Origin: a virus
IMG/VR virus record: IMGVR_UViG_3300005563_000030
Coordinates: 1-64,000 of that record
DNA: 64,000 nt
Strand: one strand, 5' to 3'
The first letter of the stretch is position 1. Each line of letters begins with the position of its first letter. Under the pieces are notes generated by a model. The model searched no databases. It was not told the origin of the DNA and was given only the letters and a program-made list of their open reading frames with translations. Position numbers and translations under genes: made by a program. Positions 48,435-58,018 of the stretch are shown here, in pieces.

Positions 48435-49842
48435 ATATCGGTCTATTATTTGTGTTATTGTATGCTACGTGATTCATTAAGTAAATCAGATCTTCATCTG
48501 AATAGTTTTGGAAAAGTCTATTTACAATATTGTCATTTTTGTATAGTTCTTTAGCCTGTTTTAATAATTCAGGAGTAAGCTCTTGTGTTCCCGTGTTAAA
48601 TTTCAAATCTTTAAATAGTCTATATCTCAACGCGTTTAAGTCTGCGCTTGATTCAGACGGTCTTGAGTCATGTTCAACATCTAATTTTTGTTGTTCTGTC
48701 ATACCAGCAGTATTCACCTTACTTAGCTTGTTTCTGGTAAGAAAAGCATTCATTTCATTCTGATTAAGCTCTAAGTTAGGGTTGGTTAAATACTTACCTT
48801 GAGAAGCTCCTATTGTATGTCCATACTCATGTGCTAACACTGAGCGAAGTGGAAACCCAAACTCTTTGGCATCCTTGGAATTTACAACTACACTATAGTT
48901 TGGAGCATCATACATACTTCCTAGTAAGTCATCTGTAAAATGGGTTACTCCCTTTATATTAGCAAGTCTATCGAGTACTGCTTGATGTGGATCAGCATAC
49001 CCTTGTTCAGTGAGCCTTTTGGTGTAATTTGTACTATTTAAATAGTCATTATAGAAAGACTTTACATCATATTCATCCTGTTTTGTTAATGGTGTATCTA
49101 CTTCTCCACCCATTTGCATCTTCTGTTCATATACCTTTCCGCTAAACTTCGCTGTATCTTTTGGTCCATAAAGTACTTGATATTTCTTTCCATCTGTAAT
49201 AGCTACAGGCTGATGGTTATCAAGTCCTCTGAAAGTGTTAGTTCCTTTAGTATTAAATACTGCTGTATTATAATTAGGGTTATTAAGTCCTATTCTCTGT
49301 TGTTCATAGGTCTCAGCATACAAAGTTCCATCTCCACCAAATTGACGAGTTGCTGTGTTTTGAATATCATTAATGTCGGCAGCAGCATTAACACCTATTA
49401 CTTGATATTTTGGAACATGACCACCATACTGCCATATTCTAGGAGCAGTTCTTGTTACTCTACGCCCACTAGGAGCTGGTGTAGGAGCTGGAGTATCGTC
49501 TTCATCATCATCGTTTGATGGTGGTGCGGTATAACTCTTTGCTCTTGGTGCTGCTTCTGGTTCTTGTTCAAACATGGAGTTTAGTAGTTCCATGTCTACT
49601 TGAGGATTAGGGTCTTCTGGTAGATCATTTTCCTGAACAAAAGAGGTAAGGTCAGGTTGTTCAGACTCACTATTATCTTGTTGCTGTCCTGCCACTATCT
49701 CAATAAGATCACTATCAAAAGAAGTAGTATCAAATCCAGCTCCTAATGGTGTACTTTCTTCAGATGGTAAGAAAGCAGAAAAATCCCCTTGTGCAAGAGG
49801 ATCATTTGAGTATGTTGTGCTATTTAGAAAATCGTAAGCCAT
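48427..49842 (-). CDS. putative cargo protein with zincin metallopeptidase domain (471 aa)
   Basis: VLAHEYGH at 48817-48831 with downstream E; acidic disordered N-terminus; QxGG motifs. Confidence 0.65.
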   Translation of the reverse strand: MAYDFLNSTTYSNDPLAQGDFSAFLPSEESTPLGAGFDTTSFDSDLIEIVAGQQQDNSESEQPDLTSFVQENDLPEDPNPQVDMELLNSMFEQEPEAAPRAKSYTAPPSNDDDEDDTPAPTPAPSGRRVTRTAPRIWQYGGHVPKYQVIGVNAAADINDIQNTATRQFGGDGTLYAETYEQQRIGLNNPNYNTAVFNTKGTNTFRGLDNHQPVAITDGKKYQVLYGPKDTAKFSGKVYEQKMQMGGEVDTPLTKQDEYDVKSFYNDYLNSTNYTKRLTEQGYADPHQAVLDRLANIKGVTHFTDDLLGSMYDAPNYSVVVNSKDAKEFGFPLRSVLAHEYGHTIGASQGKYLTNPNLELNQNEMNAFLTRNKLSKVNTAGMTEQQKLDVEHDSRPSESSADLNALRYRLFKDLKFNTGTQELTPELLKQAKELYKNDNIVNRLFQNYSDEDLIYLMNHVAYNNTNNRPIYG

Positions 49843-52800
49843 TATCTATATGTTTTCACAGCGTTGTTTTGAAGCCATTTGAAAATCATCTTGTAATTTG
49901 TATGAACATCATTTATTAACATTACCTTGTTCCATTCCCCTCTTATACGCTTCTTATTCAGATCAGGAGTTTGGTAATTAATAGCCATAGGATTTGGAGT
50001 TTTCTCTGTATTTGAGCAGTTATTCAACCAAAGTGGAAGATTATTTGATCTCGAAGCGGCAAGATCATAAAACTGATTGAATCTCCATACGCCATCGCTA
50101 TTTGTAACGCGAATTGTAGTACTCTGAGCATTTGTTCTAGGATAGGTGCTTAGGAAATTGAGATTTTGTTTCGTATTATATTCTAATTCTAATAATCCTG
50201 AACTTTGAGATTGATTCGATACTACAGCCTTGTTAAATGTAACTTGATTATTGTAGAATGAATCGTACTCATTATGGTAACGAATTGCGTCCATAGAGTA
50301 CTCAACAGAGTTTAAGTGACTTTTTGAAGTATCATACTTACTGATTGTCTGAATAGTCCATGGATATACTTTTCCATAAAACACTTGATAAGACTTATTA
50401 GTAAGGTTGTGATCCCACAAACTACCATCACTATTTAATCCTGATGAGAAGTGGTCAATAGAGTCAATATAATAGTTAGGCTTATAAGAATGGAATGAGG
50501 TCCAAGCCTTTGTTAAGAAGCTAAATGATACAGTCCAACTCTTATTACAAAAGTACTTATTATTTGTGAGACTAACAACTTCATCACCTTTCTTAAATAT
50601 CTTCTCTTCAGAATCGTAAGTAACTGCCTTATCTAACAGTTTGTAGTCAAGTTTTGTGATAAGAATTCTACTGAAACGCTTATCAAAAGCCATGGTTATA
50701 CCAATGTTTTTGAAGTTGTTATCTAAATCTTCTGGAAGAATTTGAGGGAAATCTTTAGCTATATGGAAAGGAAGGTTTTCTTTAAACCAATTCTTCATAC
50801 CATATTTAGAGATTTCATCAAGTCCACCACCTGATAAATTAAGTACTTCACCTCTCTTAGCATCCACCCATACGTGACCAAATTCTGTATTTAAAATTGC
50901 TGAGTGTTGTGATCCACCATGACCAAGAGTTGTTTTAGCATATTCCTGTGGTTTTGATGCAAACATTCCACCAGTACCCACCTGAATAGACTGAGTGTTA
51001 GTTGGAATAGTGATATACGCATTAAATACTTGGAATGTATTCTCACATCTTATAAGTACTTTATCATTCTCTATACCATCTAATCCTGTAAGTCTACCAT
51101 TAATTAAAGGTACTGGGAAGAAGTCATTAGGTTTGTATTGCAGCCAATTAGCACCATTTGAGTAAATAATACCATTTGGATGACTTACTCTACATGATCT
51201 ACCCGGTTCAAATGAAGCGGGATAAACTAAGTAAGAATGCTCCTTATTTTGTTTAGAATAGGTGTTATTATAGAAATAGTAGTTTGGTTCTCTTATTTGC
51301 ACATTCTCCTGCTGTAGCCAGAAATCTAAGTCTGATTGAACAGGATAGAATGCTTTGTCTGTAAGATTCTCAGCGTAACGAAAATCAACGTTTACATCAC
51401 TTTCTACCAAGAAATTAGGAATACCATAGCTATACAAGTAGATATATCCATTTTGATAGAAGAATTTACTAGTAGCACCATCACGAATACTCTTAGGACG
51501 ACCTAAGAAGTTTCCTATACCTTCAGGTGTTACAAGACTTAATACATCACCAATACTATCAAACTCAGAAGCAATACCTGTTGTACTATTATAGTAGTGA
51601 CGAGGTACACCTAAGTTTGGAAATGCTGAGAAGTCAAAGTCTGTACCATTACCCATCTCAAAGGTATCAGCTAAGAAGTAAGGAACTTTTATTTTAAGAG
51701 CAAAACGATTTATGAATGTATCACCACCAAATACTGTCTTACATACACTATTTGAAGCGGTCATATTAAATACTTGTGATCCTGTAGAAATCCAGTCAAT
51801 ATTATATACATTACCATACTGATCTGGTCTATAGTTCTTAAGAGAAGCATAATAAGATGAGATGTTCTTAATAACATGCTTATCTAAAGTTTTACCTACA
51901 GCACCATCTTCAAACGTAAAGCGACTATTATCCTGAACACCAGAGAATGACCCAGCATTAGGAAAGTCTGTTCCCGCATAACGCAGATATAGAGAGTCTT
52001 CTCTATGCCAGTTATTCACCTTAGTATTCACAAATTGTGTAGGATCACTATCAGAAACCTCAGGAACTAAGCTATTCTCTCCTTTTAAGTATCTCCAAGA
52101 GTTAATTGATCTTATCTTATTACCGCTATTAGGTACTGGTTTATAGCTATTATATTTACCTACTGAGTTGTATTGAATACACCAATCTCTATAAGGAGTA
52201 AGAGATTTAATAAGATCAAGCACAATACCCGATTCATATAATACTGTAGATAAAAATCCAGATATTAGGTTAGCCAGCAATATTGGTAATAATGGTAGTA
52301 ACAAGGGCTTTCTAGTGGCTAAATACACTGGGTTACTCCAGTCTTTATCTCTACCACCAACAGTACGTGTTGTTACCTCTGTAGCAGCATTAATTGATGC
52401 CGCTTTCTGTGGATTAATAATAGTGTTAAGTACTGATTCTGGAACAATAGCCGAACCTGTACCTGTCTGATAAGGCAGGAATGGACCAAATATACCAGAT
52501 GCGATACCCATACCAGAAACAACAGAACCTTTAACTGTGTATTCAGTTATTTCTTTCTCTTCTGTTTTAGTAAGAGCTGCAACGATTCCCAAACCGAAAG
52601 CAATAGTATAAGAAGTATTAGATAGAAACTTTTGCTTTGCTTGTCTCTTTGATACTGTAAAATACCCTTCAGAAGTTCCATATTCAGCGGTTTCAAGCTT
52701 TAATTTAGTTCCAACAAATGGCTCAGAAAAGTGTGTATCTGGGCTATGGAATGTATATCTTTTTGAGAATATGAACGGAAGGTCAGAGCCTTTTTCAGTA

Positions 52801-55800
52801 TTATGTTCATCGTAGTTTCTAAAGTCATCAGTTACAAATGGATTTGATCTAAGGTCATTATATGGATAGTTAGGGAAGTATATTACTTCATTATCAAAGT
52901 ATGAGCTTCCACGCTTACGTCTATATTGATTGACATCAAATAAAAGACCTTTAGCTATCACTGACTTATTACCAAATCTATTACCACGCACAATCTTATA
53001 GCCCTTGATTCTATTCTTATCTTCAAGAGTTATCACTCCTTCTGTTACGGCTGTATCAATAGCAGCACGTACACTATCATGATCTACTTTAATACCTATT
53101 GGATAGATCATATTATTCTTAGTGTTATCTACACTAGCATTTAATCTGTCGTGGATGTGTGTAACTAAGCTATCTGGAAATTTATGGAATCGAATAGGCT
53201 GATTACACAAATCTCCCCATATTTCAGGATTATTTGGGTACTTTTCAGTACTTTCCCAGTAGGCAAATTCACCATATTCCCAGCATGTTTCCTCACAATC
53301 TACATATGGTTGATGAGGAGAAGCTGTAACAGAAGCAGTGTTATAGACTTCCCATTTCTGTCTGTCACATCCACTCACAGAAGATTCTGTAGGAGTTACA
53401 AACGTTCTATAGTATGCACTTGCGCCTACAGCAGGACCGGCAGCATTCTTTGGAACTACATACCAATTATAGATGGTATTAGGATCAAGACCTGTCAATG
53501 TGTAAGTAGATGTCAGAGCATTACCAACAAGACTATATGTAAAGCTATTTACAGCAAGATAAATATCATAAGATGTAGCACACGGTGCATCATCCCAATC
53601 AAGTATCACTGTAGCAAATGAGCTTGTCACAGAACCATTTACAGGGAATAATAGATTTACTGGATCAGGAACAGAGTCACACGGATTATTCTCAACATAA
53701 ATTTTTGTTGTGGCTTCTGTGTAACAATCCTTATCATCAGTTACTCTAAGTCTAAACACATAAGTACCTGCTACTAATCCAGATACAGCCGTATATGGAA
53801 TAATAGAGTTATCAATAGTGGCTGTGTTTGGACCACTATCTTGTGTCCATAGATAGGACGCAATATTTCTATCATCAGAGCTTCCACCAGCATTCAGGTA
53901 AGAAGTAGTCTGAGGTAATGTTACTAATTTATCTGGACCTGGATCAGCTATAGGAGCCTGATTTACAGGTATATTAATATTAAATTGTACAGTGTCACCT
54001 ATTACGTTTCCTTGAGAGTCACTAACAACTAATTGGAATACGTATGTACCAGCAATATATCCACCAAAGTATGTGTATAACGAAGTAGGGTTAGCAATTG
54101 TAATCTGTTTAGGACCAGATATTTGCTTCCAAAGAATTGTGGCAGTACCATTATGTGTTTCAGTACCTTGGAAGTTTACAATACCATCGTAGTTAATAGT
54201 TTGATCTGGTCCAGCATTTACTACAGGTGGAGTAGTAATTGGGATTATTACATTTGGTGTAAGCGAGTCAGAATAAGGTGTATATACGCAAGGATTATCT
54301 TGCTGTGAGTTATCTAACACTAATGTTGGTCCGCTACCACTAGGTGTGAAGGTAGCAGTATTTAATGATCCTGCATGTACTTGATCTGCTGAATCAGAAC
54401 TTCCGCAAGTATCACAACTATCTTCAATGATAGCATCATCATTTGTTATAATAACACGTTCAGCTTCTGTAGCTTCTCTGTTAGGAATAAGACCTACAGT
54501 GCTCTCTTCATCATTATCGTAAACAAGTACAAAACCTAATGGGTATACTTCATCACGCATATACCCTCTATAGAGATGAGCGTTTCTCATATCTCTATAA
54601 GCTGTTTCAGGTACTTGAGTTGTCTGCCAGTATAACTTTACATTATTAGCTATACGTTGAACGTTAAGCTTTTTAGTCTCTTCCAGACCATAAAAGAAAA
54701 GGAAGTTGTTAGATGTAGCTGTGCCCTTGCTCTTTGTGTAGTATGTTTTAGAAGCGAATATCTCTTGAGCACTTAAGTCTTTAAGACTCTTCTCGTTTCC
54801 AGTGTACATAATACGAATTGTGTTTATCGTATATGTTCCTACATACTCAAAGCTAGATGTATTGTTAATAGTTTTAACTACAGCAATATTAAAGTATTCA
54901 TAAGGACTATTTGCTTCTATTCCAGTTACGTTAAATACAATAGCTCTATCTGTTACATAGTCTGTGTCAAATGTAACTTCCCTTGTGAAGATTGGAATAG
55001 GATTTGTTACGTTCAGGTAAGGAGTACGGGTATTACCATCCTTATCAGAATAAGCAAAGAGGAATTGATAGTCTCCTGCTTTAAGTGAACCACCACCTAC
55101 AATATCTACAAGATCAATGTTTGGAACTGTGGCTACAGGATCAATTCTAAGCTTATTACAGTCTATTTGGCTTCCATAAATAGGAGCTTCACAATCTGGT
55201 GTATAACCAGTGATAACCTTGAATTTGTTTCTTACAACAAGATGTTTAGATGGGTCATCATCCACATAATCAAACTCAATATATCTATCGTAATTAAAGT
55301 TATCTGCAAAATATATAGATAACCCACAATCTTCAATGCGATACTGAGGTCTGATAGGATGGCTAAAATCAAAGTTAAAGCAAGTCTGCGTTGCAATAGA
55401 GATGTATTCACAGCACGGAGTTGGGTTTTGATTCTCTAATGGGCTTCTTTCAGGAGAGTAACCATCACCACAGTCTGAACAGAAACCTAATTCTTTATCA
55501 TAGTCAACCAATGAATCTCCGCAATCTAACCTACCTAGAATTTCTCCTATCTGACTAAAACCTGTATCAGGATTAACTAAAAATAATACTTTTCTATTCT
55601 GTTCTATTATATTAGCCGTACCTATTACTTTGTAGCCACTAGGGAAATTAGCACACTTTAGAGTACTAGATTCATTTTGTAGAATAGGAAATCCATTTCC
55701 ACTAAATTCTTCTACAACAGAGTTAAGGGAGTGATCGTAACCTTGTTCAGTAAGATTAGAAGGATGAACGTCCGTGTTCATCCCTTTAATCGGAACCGAA

Positions 55801-55823
55801 ATATTTGAGCGATTATCTTGCAT
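49842..55823 (-). CDS. tail stabilisation / muzzle protein (1993 aa) with inserted PKD and FN3-like domains
   Basis: KGMNTD N-terminus, GYMRDEVY, FHSPD, FGGDTFI and WTSFHSY motifs of crAss-like tail stabilisation proteins; position next to ring genes. Confidence 0.75.
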   Translation of the reverse strand: MQDNRSNISVPIKGMNTDVHPSNLTEQGYDHSLNSVVEEFSGNGFPILQNESSTLKCANFPSGYKVIGTANIIEQNRKVLFLVNPDTGFSQIGEILGRLDCGDSLVDYDKELGFCSDCGDGYSPERSPLENQNPTPCCEYISIATQTCFNFDFSHPIRPQYRIEDCGLSIYFADNFNYDRYIEFDYVDDDPSKHLVVRNKFKVITGYTPDCEAPIYGSQIDCNKLRIDPVATVPNIDLVDIVGGGSLKAGDYQFLFAYSDKDGNTRTPYLNVTNPIPIFTREVTFDTDYVTDRAIVFNVTGIEANSPYEYFNIAVVKTINNTSSFEYVGTYTINTIRIMYTGNEKSLKDLSAQEIFASKTYYTKSKGTATSNNFLFFYGLEETKKLNVQRIANNVKLYWQTTQVPETAYRDMRNAHLYRGYMRDEVYPLGFVLVYDNDEESTVGLIPNREATEAERVIITNDDAIIEDSCDTCGSSDSADQVHAGSLNTATFTPSGSGPTLVLDNSQQDNPCVYTPYSDSLTPNVIIPITTPPVVNAGPDQTINYDGIVNFQGTETHNGTATILWKQISGPKQITIANPTSLYTYFGGYIAGTYVFQLVVSDSQGNVIGDTVQFNINIPVNQAPIADPGPDKLVTLPQTTSYLNAGGSSDDRNIASYLWTQDSGPNTATIDNSIIPYTAVSGLVAGTYVFRLRVTDDKDCYTEATTKIYVENNPCDSVPDPVNLLFPVNGSVTSSFATVILDWDDAPCATSYDIYLAVNSFTYSLVGNALTSTYTLTGLDPNTIYNWYVVPKNAAGPAVGASAYYRTFVTPTESSVSGCDRQKWEVYNTASVTASPHQPYVDCEETCWEYGEFAYWESTEKYPNNPEIWGDLCNQPIRFHKFPDSLVTHIHDRLNASVDNTKNNMIYPIGIKVDHDSVRAAIDTAVTEGVITLEDKNRIKGYKIVRGNRFGNKSVIAKGLLFDVNQYRRKRGSSYFDNEVIYFPNYPYNDLRSNPFVTDDFRNYDEHNTEKGSDLPFIFSKRYTFHSPDTHFSEPFVGTKLKLETAEYGTSEGYFTVSKRQAKQKFLSNTSYTIAFGLGIVAALTKTEEKEITEYTVKGSVVSGMGIASGIFGPFLPYQTGTGSAIVPESVLNTIINPQKAASINAATEVTTRTVGGRDKDWSNPVYLATRKPLLLPLLPILLANLISGFLSTVLYESGIVLDLIKSLTPYRDWCIQYNSVGKYNSYKPVPNSGNKIRSINSWRYLKGENSLVPEVSDSDPTQFVNTKVNNWHREDSLYLRYAGTDFPNAGSFSGVQDNSRFTFEDGAVGKTLDKHVIKNISSYYASLKNYRPDQYGNVYNIDWISTGSQVFNMTASNSVCKTVFGGDTFINRFALKIKVPYFLADTFEMGNGTDFDFSAFPNLGVPRHYYNSTTGIASEFDSIGDVLSLVTPEGIGNFLGRPKSIRDGATSKFFYQNGYIYLYSYGIPNFLVESDVNVDFRYAENLTDKAFYPVQSDLDFWLQQENVQIREPNYYFYNNTYSKQNKEHSYLVYPASFEPGRSCRVSHPNGIIYSNGANWLQYKPNDFFPVPLINGRLTGLDGIENDKVLIRCENTFQVFNAYITIPTNTQSIQVGTGGMFASKPQEYAKTTLGHGGSQHSAILNTEFGHVWVDAKRGEVLNLSGGGLDEISKYGMKNWFKENLPFHIAKDFPQILPEDLDNNFKNIGITMAFDKRFSRILITKLDYKLLDKAVTYDSEEKIFKKGDEVVSLTNNKYFCNKSWTVSFSFLTKAWTSFHSYKPNYYIDSIDHFSSGLNSDGSLWDHNLTNKSYQVFYGKVYPWTIQTISKYDTSKSHLNSVEYSMDAIRYHNEYDSFYNNQVTFNKAVVSNQSQSSGLLELEYNTKQNLNFLSTYPRTNAQSTTIRVTNSDGVWRFNQFYDLAASRSNNLPLWLNNCSNTEKTPNPMAINYQTPDLNKKRIRGEWNKVMLINDVHTNYKMIFKWLQNNAVKTYR

Positions 55824-55825
55824 AA

Positions 55826-56704
55826 TTACATTTGAAAGTACGTTCTAAGATTCTTTCTATCAACTCTAATTTTATTGATAACAGTCTGGAAGCTTGGTAA
55901 TTTAGCAATATATTGAGCTTGTGCAAATGATTTTTGATGCTCTGCTTCAACTACCTGATATTTTCTATCAAAGTCAGGAATTTCATTATTTAACCATAAA
56001 TCTTGAGTGGTTCTGAATATAATGTAATCTTCTATAGCTTTCTCAAAGAATGTATTATCTGGAATAAGAGGAAGTCCTGTTTCAGGGTCTAACGGAAGAG
56101 CATAATACTTCATTAGTACACCATCACTCTCAAAATTAGCATATAATGTTGACTTATCAATTGTTATTTCATCCTGACATTGACCTAATATTTGCTTATT
56201 TTTACAGTCTTTCGTACAGAAACTCTTAGCATTTGAACCCAATCTTAAAAGTGTAGGTTGTCTAAATTTGATGATAGTTGGCTCACCTTGAATATAAGTA
56301 CGAATTGTGTATTTCTCTCCCTCAATAAAGTCTCTTTTTGCTGAGTAACAGTTTGTACATTGTCTATATGGTTCATGTGTTTCATCTATATAGAATACAA
56401 AACCTGTCTGTGGAAATAATGTAGCTTTACTATCTGAATCTGCTGGTGTACATTTATACGCTGCATATAAGAAGGAGAAATCATCAGGCATCGGACCCTT
56501 ATAATTCTTCACCATTACAATAGCTTCCTTCTCTTCATACACAGACATACCTATCATATCTAGCATGTCCTTTATATACCAATACCAGTCACCCTCATCG
56601 AGTAGACCAGCATTATCGAATGATCTAAGTCTTCTTCTTATTCTCGCGAAGAGAGCATCATTCTTTTTAAATTGAAGATTATTTGCAGGATTTATGACAC
56701 TCAT
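55826..56704 (-). CDS. tail ring / tubular protein
   Basis: YYALPLDPETGLPLIPDN motif; synteny with the muzzle gene. Confidence 0.65.
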   Translation of the reverse strand: MSVINPANNLQFKKNDALFARIRRRLRSFDNAGLLDEGDWYWYIKDMLDMIGMSVYEEKEAIVMVKNYKGPMPDDFSFLYAAYKCTPADSDSKATLFPQTGFVFYIDETHEPYRQCTNCYSAKRDFIEGEKYTIRTYIQGEPTIIKFRQPTLLRLGSNAKSFCTKDCKNKQILGQCQDEITIDKSTLYANFESDGVLMKYYALPLDPETGLPLIPDNTFFEKAIEDYIIFRTTQDLWLNNEIPDFDRKYQVVEAEHQKSFAQAQYIAKLPSFQTVINKIRVDRKNLRTYFQM

Positions 56705-57216
56705 TTGTCTATTTTTAACTTTTTGTGAACTAGCTTTTCAAGCTTGTTTTGATTCCAGAAGTCCTTCAATGTCCATTCATGATATTCCTTCTGTTCTCTA
56801 ATTTTCTTCGATACTTCTGTGCGCATCATTCGTAATGGGGCAAACTTGAATACTTCATGAAACGCAAATCTGGAAATGCCTGTTTTGAACCATTTTATGT
56901 GATAACGGTAGCCAAAACTGTGAAGATTTAAGTAATATATTTTCTTTCCGTATTTCTTTGTATCAGCCCAGTTTATAGCTTTCTTCTTAGTCTTATACTT
57001 AATTATACACAGATAACCAAGATTCTCAGGGAGTTTAAATCCATTCTCATCATCTAACACAGTATCATAGATTTTCTTGTTAGATTCTTTAATTATCTTT
57101 GTGAAGTCAGCATAGGAAATATCTTTTCCTGATTTCTCCTTATACGCTTTCCACAACTCAGGAGTGAGAGCCTGATGTCTATCAGGAAAATTATAATGCG
57201 ATCCTTTAGCTGGCAT
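56701..57216 (-). CDS. IHF/HU-like basic protein of the crAss-like tail module
   Basis: FKLPENLGYLCI motif, very basic; position between ring genes. Confidence 0.55.
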   Translation of the reverse strand: MPAKGSHYNFPDRHQALTPELWKAYKEKSGKDISYADFTKIIKESNKKIYDTVLDDENGFKLPENLGYLCIIKYKTKKKAINWADTKKYGKKIYYLNLHSFGYRYHIKWFKTGISRFAFHEVFKFAPLRMMRTEVSKKIREQKEYHEWTLKDFWNQNKLEKLVHKKLKIDK

Positions 57217-57920
57217 TACTGTTGTTGGTTTACTTTTATGTTATTGTTCAAATCTGGATTTTCATCCGTAGTTACGCGTTTGTAGAACCCAAATAGGTCT
57301 TTCAAAGTCTCTTGCTTAACAATAGACACTAAATAGTCTGGACACACAAAAGGTTGATCTAATATACCTGAGCATTTATCTTCATTCTTATCAGCACATT
57401 CGCTAAGTTTCTTAGCAGCAGAAGGATCAGCAAATACTCCTCTTAGTGTTACAGTTTGTACCATACTATCAGGAATAATTAAGTAACCATTTGATAACCA
57501 GTAGTACTTAATTTTCTTGTCTTTGAATTCTCTCAGCTTGATATTCTTATAAGCCTTGGGTGTAGTCTGACGAAACTCCTTAGCGTAGATAGGATTATGT
57601 ACTTCCAGAAGCTCTCCATAGAATGTTTCGTATGTATCAGGAATCTTATGTATTGATTTCATGACAGTTGTACAGTCTGGAATATCTTCGTTACAGCAAT
57701 CCACAAGAGGTGTAGGACACAGAGGAACACAGTCTACATCTGTCCAAAGATCAGTAAGATTCATAAGACGTCTTGATTCAGCATCTCTCTTAATGAAAGT
57801 AGCTGCAAAAGATCGTAGCTTATTCAATATATATCGTTTACTGACTTTATCGTCCAGATTAGAAGCCCTGAGGTCTGAAACAATGTCAGATATTATTTGG
57901 CGATTTGTTAAGTTGGGCAT
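57216..57920 (-). CDS. tail ring protein
   Basis: YYWLSNGYLII...LRGVFADP pattern; ATG at 57920 preferred because the promoter overlaps the ORF-track start. Confidence 0.6.
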   Translation of the reverse strand: MPNLTNRQIISDIVSDLRASNLDDKVSKRYILNKLRSFAATFIKRDAESRRLMNLTDLWTDVDCVPLCPTPLVDCCNEDIPDCTTVMKSIHKIPDTYETFYGELLEVHNPIYAKEFRQTTPKAYKNIKLREFKDKKIKYYWLSNGYLIIPDSMVQTVTLRGVFADPSAAKKLSECADKNEDKCSGILDQPFVCPDYLVSIVKQETLKDLFGFYKRVTTDENPDLNNNIKVNQQQ

Positions 57921-57935
57921 AAGAAAAAATAAGTA

Positions 57936-57943
57936 CAAATATA
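57936..57943 (-). promoter_or_regulatory. -7 promoter element
   Basis: TATATTTG about 16 nt upstream of ATG 57920. Confidence 0.55.
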
Positions 57944-57991
57944 ATAGAAATTTGTGACTTTTTAGCTGTTGTAATCGAAAGTGATTATAAC

Positions 57992-58015
57992 AAAAAACCC
58001 CTCTTTCGAGGGGCT
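57992..58015 (-). terminator. intrinsic terminator
   Basis: Minus strand GCCCCTC-GAAA-GAGGGGT-TTTTT. Confidence 0.8.
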
Positions 58016-58018
58016 CTT

